A stretch of 64,000 bases of DNA, taken from contig CBDFGU010000009.1 in NCBI GenBank assembly GCA_965247335.1, positions 288,856 to 352,855 of the forward strand. Reading direction: 5' to 3'. Positions 1-8,213 of this stretch are shown piece after piece. Every line of letters starts with the position of its first letter. Within the stretch, counting starts at the first letter, position 1. A program made the position numbers and the translations under genes. The notes under the pieces are model-generated. The model had not been told where the DNA came from, made no database searches, and saw only the letters and a list, made by a program, of their open reading frames with translations. Source of the stretch: Rickettsiales bacterium. GTDB taxonomy: Bacteria > Pseudomonadota > Alphaproteobacteria > Rickettsiales > UBA3002.

Positions 1-1496
1 AACAGTGACGGCGCCGCGATCGCCAGCGCCAGTAAATTGCTTGCCGGTGCCAGCAAGCTCGTATCCGCCGTCCGCGCGATTGGCGGCAATGGCCCGAACG
101 AACTCGTCATTCCCGCGAAGGCGGGAATCGCTGGCCTACGTACAGCATTGGCATAGTGCTCCCGATTCCCGCCTTCGCGGGAATGACGGCCTTTCTGATA
201 CTGCGCACTCTTTTGATATTGTGCCTGTTGCATTTCGCGCAACCGCTCCCGCATATACTGCTTGTAGTAATGCTGTACCGTCGGGTGCTTGATCTGCCCT
301 ACACGGCCCATCAGTGATTCCTCCTGCGCCGCGCGCGCCTCGGGCGTATTCACCGGCGCCCCCATCACCTGATGCCACAGGATACTCACTAGCGGTTCCG
401 CCCGCGCCACCACCTCATCGAACGCCGCGCGACCCACATTCCTGATCAGCGAATCCGGGTCGTCTCCCTTCGGCATCACCGCGACGCGCAAGGTTTTGCC
501 CGGCACCAGCAACGGCAGCGCCAACTCTGCCGCTCGATTCATCGCCCGCTGCCCGGCGCTATCGCCATCGAGGCACAATGTCGGTTCATCGACCAGCTGC
601 CAGCACAACTGCAACTGCTCCGCCGTGATAGCCGTACCGAGTGGCGCCACCGCGTGAGGAATGCCCCCCTGCGCCAGCGCGATCACATCCATATAGCCTT
701 CGCAGATGATGAGCTGCTTGGCATCGAACGCCGCGCGCCGCGCGATATCGAGATTATAAAGTTGCCGCCCCTTGCTGAACAGTGGCGTCTCCGGCGAGTT
801 CAGATATTTCGGCGCATCGTTATTCGGTTCCCCCGGCAACACGCGCCCACCGAAGGCGATGACCTTGCTCTTGCGATCCCGGATCGGGAACATCAACCGC
901 CGCCGGAAACGCGAATACGGCGGCCGTCCCTCCACTTGGATCAGCATGCCGCACTCGATCAGTTGCTGCGGCGTGATGCCCTTCACCCTCATAGTCTTCT
1001 CAAGCGCATCGCGATCCGCCGGGGCATACCCGATGCGGAACTTCGCGATCGTGTCCTCCTTCATCCCGCGTTCGCGCAGATAATTGCGCGCCAGTTCTCC
1101 CTCGCGCGAGCCGTGGAATTGCTCTTCCAGCCAGCTTGTCACCGTTTCCATCACCGTCTGCAGCGAGTGCGTTTTTTGCTCACGCTCAACCTCTGCGCGA
1201 GTCTCACGTGGCACCTGCAACCCTGCCTGCCCGGCTAATTTCTCGACCGCTTCCCGATAGCCGAGATGTTCATAATCCATCGTGAAGCCAATAACATCGC
1301 CATGTGCTCCACAGCCAAAGCAATGGAAGAAGCCCTTCTCGTCATTCACCGTGAACGAGGGCGATTTCTCCTTATGAAACGGGCACAAGGCATGGAACTC
1401 CCGCCCCGCCCGGCGTAGCAACACTGCCTTGCCCACCACCTCTGAGACTCGGATACGATTACGAATTTCTTCGATAAAGCTTTGGGAAAACTTCAT
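1..1496 (-). CDS. dnaG: DNA primase (3' end runs off the window)
   Basis: Missing from the ORF track because no stop lies in the window. Manual translation from ATG 1496 gives MKFSQSFIEEIRNRIRVSEVV...CPFHKEKSPSFTV...FHCFGCGAHGD (CHC2 Zn finger), then KYLNSPET, EGYMDVI and DGDSAG TOPRIM motifs. The frame stays open to base 1. Confidence 0.97.
   Translation of the reverse strand, partial: MKFSQSFIEEIRNRIRVSEVVGKAVLLRRAGREFHALCPFHKEKSPSFTVNDEKGFFHCFGCGAHGDVIGFTMDYEHLGYREAVEKLAGQAGLQVPRETRAEVEREQKTHSLQTVMETVTSWLEEQFHGSREGELARNYLRERGMKEDTIAKFRIGYAPADRDALEKTMRVKGITPQQLIECGMLIQVEGRPPYSRFRRRLMFPIRDRKSKVIAFGGRVLPGEPNNDAPKYLNSPETPLFSKGRQLYNLDIARRAAFDAKQLIICEGYMDVIALAQGGIPHAVAPLGTAITAEQLQLCWQLVDEPTLCLDGDSAGQRAMNRAAELALPLLVPGKTLRVAVMPKGDDPDSLIRNVGRAAFDEVVARAEPLVSILWHQVMGAPVNTPEARAAQEESLMGRVGQIKHPTVQHYYKQYMRERLREMQQAQYQKSAQYQKGRHSREGGNREHYANAVRRPAIPAFAGMTSSFGPLPPIARTADTSLLAPASNLLALAIAAPSL
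105..188. repeat. Perfect 26-bp inverted repeat element (CGTC-tagged REP / RPE-like), in-frame within dnaG
   Basis: 105-130 CGTCATTCCCGCGAAGGCGGGAATCG is the exact reverse complement of 163-188. Loop 32 nt; total 84 bp = 28 codons. Confidence 0.93.
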
Positions 1497-1525
1497 AAAT
1501 TAGCTGAACGCGTCAAATGTTTGCT

Positions 1526-1534
1526 TGTGGATAA
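1526..1534 (-). promoter_or_regulatory. Perfect DnaA box upstream of dnaG
   Basis: TGTGGATAA on + reads TTATCCACA on -, about 30 nt upstream of the dnaG ATG. Confidence 0.55.
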
Positions 1535-1696
1535 AAATATATTTTTTTTCTTTGCCCCTAACCCTATTGACCAGTCGGTTCGGGTGTTCTTATGTTGAAC
1601 CTATCGTGAGGTTCAGCAAGCAGCAACACCAACACGATAACCACCAACAACAAAATCAGGCAGCGCCATGCTGCCATAAAAAGAAACGGACCCTCG

Positions 1697-2428
1697 ATGC
1701 GCAATCCACTTCGTAACGCTTGGAGCAACAATGAGTTGCCGGACTTTCTGCAAGTAGGAGAAGAGATGTTGCCGCTGGTGATTCGTCGTCACCAACGCGC
1801 GAAACGTATTTGTCTGCGCTACAATCCGACCAGCCATGCCATCTCGCTCACCCTGCCGCGTCACACCCGCGTCGGTGACGGGCTCGCCTTCCTCATGCAG
1901 AAATCCGAATGGCTTGTCGAAACCCTGCGCGATATGCCGACGAAAAAACAGATCAAGCCCGGCGTCGTCATCCCTCTACTCGGCAAACGCGTGCGCATCA
2001 AGAACGATCCGGACCTCAAACGCAAATGGGTGATCCGCGACGACGTGCTCTACGTCGCTGGTGACCGCAGCGAATTCCCTGAGCGCGTTACCGAGGCACT
2101 GCGCAAAATTGCCAGCACCACACTCAGCAACATCGCCATGCGCGATGCCATCAGCATCGGCCGGAAAATCAGCCGCATCAGTGTGCGCGATACGCGCAGC
2201 CGCTGGGGCAGCTGCTCGTCCACTGCGCGCCTGTCATTCTCCTATCGCCTTATTTTCGCGCCGAAAGAGGTGATGGAATACGTCGTCGCCCACGAGGTCG
2301 CCCATTTGCGCCACATGAACCACTCCGCCGCCTTCTGGAACTGCGTCGAATCCATCTGCCCGGATTACGAAGCAGCGAAAGATTGGCTGAAGCTCCACGG
2401 CAAGGATCTGTATCGCTTTAATGCGTAG
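1697..2428 (+). CDS. YgjP/DUF45-like (M48/SprT) zinc metallopeptidase family protein
   Basis: RSRWGSCSS and YVVAHEVAHLRHMNHSAAFW (HExxH) motifs. Confidence 0.9.
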   Translation: MRNPLRNAWSNNELPDFLQVGEEMLPLVIRRHQRAKRICLRYNPTSHAISLTLPRHTRVGDGLAFLMQKSEWLVETLRDMPTKKQIKPGVVIPLLGKRVRIKNDPDLKRKWVIRDDVLYVAGDRSEFPERVTEALRKIASTTLSNIAMRDAISIGRKISRISVRDTRSRWGSCSSTARLSFSYRLIFAPKEVMEYVVAHEVAHLRHMNHSAAFWNCVESICPDYEAAKDWLKLHGKDLYRFNA

Positions 2429-2467
2429 GTTCTCCAGTGTCGATACCTCGCACACTCTTTCGCCATA

Positions 2468-2659
2468 CGTCATCCCGGATTTGATCCGACTCGAGTAAAA
2501 CGAAAGAAGCGATCTCTTAAAGAAATACAAAGCCAATCGCTGACCACATCCACGAACCACTGTTAGATAACGTATGCTCGCGATTCCTGTCGGCGCGGGA
2601 ATAACAGCCCGTGGCTCCACCCTCGCCTCACACATCATGGCGAGCGCAGCGCGGCAATC
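2468..2659. repeat. Cluster of degenerate CGTC-type palindromic repeat arms
   Basis: CGTCATCCCGGATTTGATCC (2468-2487), CGATTCCTGTCGGCGCGGGAATAAC (from 2581; degenerate right arm of the dnaG-type element) and CATCATGGCGAGCGCAGCGCGGCAATC (2633-2659). Confidence 0.6.
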
Positions 2660-2936
2660 GAACTTTTTCCCTTTTCACTAAACTTTCTTCACCATTCCCC
2701 TTCCCGGCATCCCCCACCCATGAGACTCTGACGAAGTTGGGTGTTCAGGTGGAACATCGGTTTCTTCCATGGCAGACTGGTTAGCGGCGGATAGGTAGCG
2801 GCAATGCTCCGAGCAGTCCAACGCGTTCGAGCCAGTCAAAAGGCGTACGTGAAGTGCGCTGATTCCATGCCAAACCATTGCCACACCTTAAGCACCTGAC
2901 ACCCAACATCTAAGTAAGTCTAAAGCCTGACAGTAG

Positions 2937-3028
2937 CACGCTGTCACCCGTCGCATGACGGGGTCCGCGCCTGAAACTACATTTTTTGCAAGACGCGGAT
3001 GCCGTCCCCAAGATGGTATGACAGCGTG
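2937..3028. repeat. Palindromic repeat element with 10-bp terminal inverted repeat
   Basis: Termini CACGCTGTCA...TGACAGCGTG, inner TCCGCG/CGCGGA pair, GTCA...TGAC ends like the other repeats. Confidence 0.65.
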
Positions 3029-3100
3029 TGAAGAAAAACTCTGAGCGTTTTCGCCCGGAGCGCCTTTGCACGTCTGAACACCGCCATTTTCACCGCACGC

Positions 3101-5383
3101 TTAATGATGCGCCGCACCGGGGTACGTGTATTCGATCTTCCCATGCTCCGGATTCTTCTTCGCCAGCTTGTCCCAGAACTGCGGCGTCAGTACCTCTTCG
3201 CCTTGATCATTCTCCGCGCCATTCGCCGGAGCCTGCTGCGCGGGCACTGGCGTCGGCTGGCCGAACGGGCTTGGTTGCGGCTGCGTAGCCACCGGTTGCC
3301 CCGCCGCATTCAACGGCTGCGCCGCGGTGCCATTCTCCGGCACGCTCGTCTCCGCCCCGGCCGGCGGTGTCGTATCCGGCGAGCTGGCCCCACCGAACAG
3401 CCACGGTAACAAACCCTCACTTGAACCCGCACTCGTCGGGATCGGAATATTTTTCTGCCCTTGCAGCGCGATCGTCATGAAATCATGCCAGATCGGTGCC
3501 GGCAGCGTCGAACCCTGCACACGCTTCATGGGCTTGTTATCATCGTTACCGACCCACACACCCGTCACCAGCTGCGGCGTATAGCCGATATACCACGCAT
3601 CCTTGTAGTCCGAGGTCGTCCCGGTTTTACCCGCGCACTGGTGCCCTGCGATCGAGGCCTTTGATCCCGTCCCGCGCGTCGCCACATCCACCAGCAGGTA
3701 GTTCATCATCTCGACGGTACCTTTGGCCAGCACCGGCTCATTCGCCACATCTTCATGGCGGTACAATTCCGTACCATCGCGTTTCCGGATGCTGACGATC
3801 CCATACGGTGCCAGCTTGTTCCCACCATTCGCGAGGTGCGCATACGCCCCCGTCATCTCAAGTAGCGTCGCTTCTACCGAACCCAGCGCAATGGATGGCA
3901 CTGCCTGCACCCCCGGCACACCCAGTCGGTCCGCCATGGCCGCCACATGGTTGATACCCGCATACTGGCTCAGCCGCACCGCTGGCGTATTGCGCGAGTA
4001 GCGCAACGCTTCCGTCAGCGTGATCATCCCCGCATAGCCTTCACTCTCGAAGTTCTGCGGCGACCACACCTTGTTGCCAACCTGAATGGAAATAGGTGCG
4101 TCCTCCACCGTCGATTGCGGCGTCATCCCCGCCTCGAGCGCCGCGAGATAGACGAACAATTTGAACGACGAGCCCGGCTGGCGCTTCGCCTGCACCGCGC
4201 GGTTATACTGGCTCTGCGCGTAGTCGAGCCCGCCGACCAGCGCCTGCACGGCCCCGTCCGGCTTCATCGCGACCAGCGCCCCCTGGCTGACATTCTTCTT
4301 CTGCGCGACGACGCTGATATTATTCTGCAACGCATCCTGCGCCGCCGTTTGCAGCTTCGGATTCATCGTCGTTGTCACCACGAGATCGTCATCGATATCG
4401 CCGACGACATCCGGGATACTATCGACGATCCAGTCGGTGAAATACCGGGCATCCCCACCCTGCGTCGGGTGATCCGCCGACGATTTCGCGTAATTGGCGA
4501 TGGTCGGATCGACATCCTTCTGCTTCAGGTAGCCCGCATCCACCATGTTCAGCAGCACCTGATGCACCCGCTGCTTGGCGCGTTCCGAATTCGTCGCCGG
4601 CGAATAGCGCGACGGTGCCTTGAGCAGCCCCGCCAACGTCGCCGATTCATAGAGGTTCAGGTCATGCGCACTCTTGTTGAAATAGCGGTGCGACGCCGCA
4701 TCGATCCCGAAAGCCCCGCCGCCGAGATACACGCGATTCAAATAGATCGCCATGATCTCCTTCTTGCTGAAGCGCGACTCCAGCCAGAACGCCAGCATCA
4801 CTTCCTGTAGCTTGCGCTTCAAAGTGCGCTCCGGCGTCAGGAACACGTTCTTCGCCACCTGCTGCGTCACCGTCGAGCCGCCTTGCACCATGTGCCCGCG
4901 CGCCAGGTTCGTCACCATCGCCCGTGCGATGCCGAAGAAATCGATCCCGTGATGCTCGAAGAACCGCCGGTCCTCCGTCGCGATCACCGCCAGCACCAGC
5001 GATTTCGGGATCTGATCGTACGGCATATACGTCCCGTACACATCGCCATAGTTCGCGATGACCTGCCCGTTCTCCGTCTGGATCGTAATGCCCTGCTGTT
5101 TCTTGATCGTGTCGAGCGCGCGGATATCCGGCAGTTGCGCCGCCAGGTAAACCAGCGTAATGAGGCCGAGGATGAAGCACGCGAACGCGATGCGCAGGAG
5201 CATCATCCACACCCGGTGCCGCTCCGCCCACGCGCCGATGCGACCTGGCCTCGGCCCGGTACTGCGCCCCTTGCGCCGCGGCCCGCGATACGCGGCATTA
5301 CCCTTATAACTGACGTTACGCGGCGCATTGCCGCCGGTTTTACTGCCGCTGCCTTTACGTGGTTTTTTCGGTGTATCGCTCAT
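3101..5383 (-). CDS. Class A penicillin-binding protein 1A family (transglycosylase/transpeptidase)
   Basis: EDRRFFEHHGID and GGSTVTQQVAKN glycosyltransferase motifs; SSFK, SRN and KTGT transpeptidase motifs; N-terminal TM. Start placed at MSDTPKK (5383). Confidence 0.95.
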   Translation of the reverse strand: MSDTPKKPRKGSGSKTGGNAPRNVSYKGNAAYRGPRRKGRSTGPRPGRIGAWAERHRVWMMLLRIAFACFILGLITLVYLAAQLPDIRALDTIKKQQGITIQTENGQVIANYGDVYGTYMPYDQIPKSLVLAVIATEDRRFFEHHGIDFFGIARAMVTNLARGHMVQGGSTVTQQVAKNVFLTPERTLKRKLQEVMLAFWLESRFSKKEIMAIYLNRVYLGGGAFGIDAASHRYFNKSAHDLNLYESATLAGLLKAPSRYSPATNSERAKQRVHQVLLNMVDAGYLKQKDVDPTIANYAKSSADHPTQGGDARYFTDWIVDSIPDVVGDIDDDLVVTTTMNPKLQTAAQDALQNNISVVAQKKNVSQGALVAMKPDGAVQALVGGLDYAQSQYNRAVQAKRQPGSSFKLFVYLAALEAGMTPQSTVEDAPISIQVGNKVWSPQNFESEGYAGMITLTEALRYSRNTPAVRLSQYAGINHVAAMADRLGVPGVQAVPSIALGSVEATLLEMTGAYAHLANGGNKLAPYGIVSIRKRDGTELYRHEDVANEPVLAKGTVEMMNYLLVDVATRGTGSKASIAGHQCAGKTGTTSDYKDAWYIGYTPQLVTGVWVGNDDNKPMKRVQGSTLPAPIWHDFMTIALQGQKNIPIPTSAGSSEGLLPWLFGGASSPDTTPPAGAETSVPENGTAAQPLNAAGQPVATQPQPSPFGQPTPVPAQQAPANGAENDQGEEVLTPQFWDKLAKKNPEHGKIEYTYPGAAHH

Positions 5384-5458
5384 TGTCCGCCTCACTAGCG
5401 TAAAATTTTGCCGCCTCCTACTGAAAAATAAGGGAGGCAATCCAGACCTACCCGCGGG

Positions 5459-5529
5459 CGTCATTCTGGCGAAAGCTGGAATCCGTCTGTTCCAGCAAAA
5501 AGTGGATTCGAGCTTTCGCTGTAATGACG
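5459..5529. repeat. Degenerate copy of the dnaG-type palindromic element
   Basis: CGTCATTCTGGCGAAAGCTGGAATCC ... GGATTCGAGCTTTCGCTGTAATGACG. Confidence 0.8.
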
Positions 5530-5569
5530 TCAGGCTTGCCACTGCTCTCTGCCATGCTATGCACTCCCC

Positions 5570-5893
5570 ATGGATGAAAAACGCTACCACGCCATCGCTG
5601 ACGCAACGCTGATGCATTGCTACGACCAGCTCGAGGACGCATTCGAAGCCGGCATCATCGATGAGCTGGAACTGCAAGGCGGCATCCTCACCATCACCGC
5701 CATCAGCGGCCGCACTTATTTATTGACCAAGCACGCGCCGACCTCGCAACTCTGGTATGCCTCACCCCTACTCGGCGGCCTGCATTTCCGCTTCGATGAG
5801 GGCGCCCAGCGCTGGCTCCTGCCAGATGACCAATGGCTGTACGAAGTCCTGCGCAACGAACTCGCCGCCGAACAGGTCGAGGTCGTGCTATGA
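5570..5893 (+). CDS. cyaY: Frataxin-like iron donor protein CyaY
   Basis: GGILTI...TYLLTKHAPTSQLWYASPLLGGLHF frataxin signature. Confidence 0.88.
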   Translation: MDEKRYHAIADATLMHCYDQLEDAFEAGIIDELELQGGILTITAISGRTYLLTKHAPTSQLWYASPLLGGLHFRFDEGAQRWLLPDDQWLYEVLRNELAAEQVEVVL

Positions 5894-7656
5894 CCCGCAC
5901 CAGCGACCTTCCGCCGAAGGGCCAGATCGGCTCCCTGCGCTATCTGCTGTACTATATCAAACCCTACCGCAAGCAGGCCATCGGCGCGGCCATCGCCCTT
6001 GTTTTCACCTCCAGCGGCGTCCTCGGTATGGGCACCGCCCTGCGCCACCTGATCGATCAGGGCATCGCCAAGGGCGACCAGCAACTGCTCGGCCAGGGCT
6101 ACCTCATCCTGCTCGCCGTCGTCGTCGCGCTGGCCGTCGGCACTTACACGCGATACCTGCTCGTCTCCAGCGTCGGTGAGCGCGTCGTCGCCGATATCCG
6201 CCGCGATGTCTTCGCCAAAGTACTCGCCATGCACACTGCCTATTTCGAGTCCTCGCGCACCGGCGACCTCATCTCGCGCATCACCACGGATACCACGCTA
6301 CTACAGACCGTCGTCGGCTCCACCATCTCCATCTTCCTGCGCAATACGCTGCTCTTCGTCGGCGGTTTTAGCCTGCTGCTCTTCACCAGCGTCAAGCTCT
6401 CGGAATACGTGTTGCTGATGCTGCCACTCGTCATTTTCCCCATCGTCACCCTCGGCCGCCGCGTCCGCAAACTCTCGCGCGCCACCCAGAATAAAGTCGG
6501 CGACATCTCCTCCCACGCTGAGGAGACCATCGGCGCCATCCGCACCATCCACGCCATGGCCCTCGAGGAAGCCGAGCAACTTCGCTTCGGCAAACTCATC
6601 GATGAAACCGTCGACACCGCCCTTTCGCGCATCCGTATGCGCGCCATGCTCACCGCCATTGTTATTTGTCTCATCTTCGGCGCCATCATCACCGTGCTGT
6701 ATATCGGCGGGCAGGATGTCGTCGCCCACCGCATCACCCCCGGCGATCTTTCCTCGTTCATTTTCTATTCCGTCATCACCGCCGGGGCACTCGGCGCGCT
6801 CAGTGAAGTGTTCGGCGAAATGCAGCGTGCTGCGGGGGCCACCGAGCGCCTGATGGAACTGATGGAACTCGAACCCGAGATCACCGCACCAAACGAGCCG
6901 TATCATTTCACCAAACCGCCCGAAGGGCGTCTGTCATTCGAACATGTCACTTTCCATTACGTTTCGCGTCCCGACAAAGCTTCGCTCGCCAACGTCTCCT
7001 TCCGCATCGAGCCGGGCGAGACCGTCGCTATCGTCGGCCCAAGCGGCGCGGGCAAGACCACCATCTTCCAGCTCCTGCTGCGTTTCTACGATCCGCAATT
7101 CGGCCTCATCCGTATCGATACCCATGACATCCGCACGCTTGAACCGCGCGAATGGCGTTCGCATATCGGCCTCGTTCCGCAGGACCCGGTGATCTTTTCC
7201 ACCAGCGCTTTTGAGAATATCCGCATCGGTAAACCCGCCGCTACCGACGACGAAGTCCGCGAAGCCGCCCGTGCCGCCTCCGCCCTCGACTTCCTCGAAG
7301 CCCTGCCCGATGGCCTGAATACCTACCTTGGTGAAAAAGGCGTGCGCCTTTCCGGCGGCCAGCGCCAACGCGTCGCCATCGCCCGCGCCATCGTGCGCAA
7401 CCCGTCTGTGCTCCTGCTTGATGAAGCCACCAGCGCCCTCGATGCTGAGAACGAGACCCTTATCCAGTCCGCGCTCGAACGTATCATGAAGGACCGCACC
7501 ACCCTCGTCATCGCCCATCGCCTTGCCACGGTCATCAACGCGGACCGTATCATCGTCCTCAACGATGGCCATATCGAAGCCACCGGCAGTCACGAGCAGC
7601 TCCTTGCCAGCAACCCGCTCTACAAGCGCCTCGCCGAACTGCAGTTCAAGGCTTGA
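5890..7656 (+). CDS. ABC exporter, fused TMD-NBD (MsbA-related)
   Basis: Hydrophobic N-terminal domain; GPSGAGKTT, LSGGQRQR, LLLDEATSALD motifs; ATGA overlap with cyaY. Confidence 0.93.
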   Translation: MTRTSDLPPKGQIGSLRYLLYYIKPYRKQAIGAAIALVFTSSGVLGMGTALRHLIDQGIAKGDQQLLGQGYLILLAVVVALAVGTYTRYLLVSSVGERVVADIRRDVFAKVLAMHTAYFESSRTGDLISRITTDTTLLQTVVGSTISIFLRNTLLFVGGFSLLLFTSVKLSEYVLLMLPLVIFPIVTLGRRVRKLSRATQNKVGDISSHAEETIGAIRTIHAMALEEAEQLRFGKLIDETVDTALSRIRMRAMLTAIVICLIFGAIITVLYIGGQDVVAHRITPGDLSSFIFYSVITAGALGALSEVFGEMQRAAGATERLMELMELEPEITAPNEPYHFTKPPEGRLSFEHVTFHYVSRPDKASLANVSFRIEPGETVAIVGPSGAGKTTIFQLLLRFYDPQFGLIRIDTHDIRTLEPREWRSHIGLVPQDPVIFSTSAFENIRIGKPAATDDEVREAARAASALDFLEALPDGLNTYLGEKGVRLSGGQRQRVAIARAIVRNPSVLLLDEATSALDAENETLIQSALERIMKDRTTLVIAHRLATVINADRIIVLNDGHIEATGSHEQLLASNPLYKRLAELQFKA

Positions 7657-7657
7657 T

Positions 7658-8128
7658 ATGACCATCACCATCCTCCCCTACGCCACCGAGCACGCACCCC
7701 TCTTCGACTGCCTCAACCGCGCCTGGATCGAGGAGCATTTTACCATCGAACCCTTCGACGACCTCGTTCTCAAAAACCCGGATACCTATATCCTTAAACC
7801 CGGTGGCGAGATCTGGTTCGCCGCACTGAACGATGAAGTGGTCGGTGCCTGCGCTCTGCTCCATTTCGCTCCCGGCATCTTTGAATTCACCAAGCTCGGC
7901 GTCGATGAAAAAGCTCGCGGCCAAGGCGTCGCCCGCCAACTCCTAACCCATTGCCGTGATCGCGCCAAAGCCAAGGGCGCGCATACGCTTAAAATTTTCA
8001 CTAGCAGCAAGCTCGTTCCCGCCAACGCCCTCTACCGCAGCGCCGGGTTCGTCGAAGTGGAAATGTCGCCCGAGCAAAAAGCCCGTTATGTCCGGGGCGA
8101 TGTCATGTATGATTTGGCGTTGAGCTAG
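7658..8128 (+). CDS. GNAT family N-acetyltransferase
   Basis: KLGVDEKARGQGVA acetyl-CoA motif and ALYRSAGF. Confidence 0.88.
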   Translation: MTITILPYATEHAPLFDCLNRAWIEEHFTIEPFDDLVLKNPDTYILKPGGEIWFAALNDEVVGACALLHFAPGIFEFTKLGVDEKARGQGVARQLLTHCRDRAKAKGAHTLKIFTSSKLVPANALYRSAGFVEVEMSPEQKARYVRGDVMYDLALS

Positions 8129-8213
8129 GCACGCGAGCCGGGCGAGCAAGCCATGAGCCCACGAAGCAGCGCGCAGTGATCGCCACTAGGCGATCTCGCG
8201 GAGCAATTCGAAA

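Noticed and set aside
5-378. Two short ORFs containing SFPRRRES peptides
   Set aside because: Alternative readings of the palindrome. The dnaG frame is open through the region and explains it.
5408-5440. GCCTCC/GGAGGC hairpin upstream of PBP1A as a riboswitch or attenuator
   Set aside because: Short stem with no recognisable aptamer; insufficient evidence.
5384-5677. N-terminal extension of PBP1A in the ORF track, containing RIPAFARMT
   Set aside because: It overlaps cyaY antisense and crosses an intergenic repeat. The start at 5383 is more plausible, so it is not counted as a second in-frame insertion.
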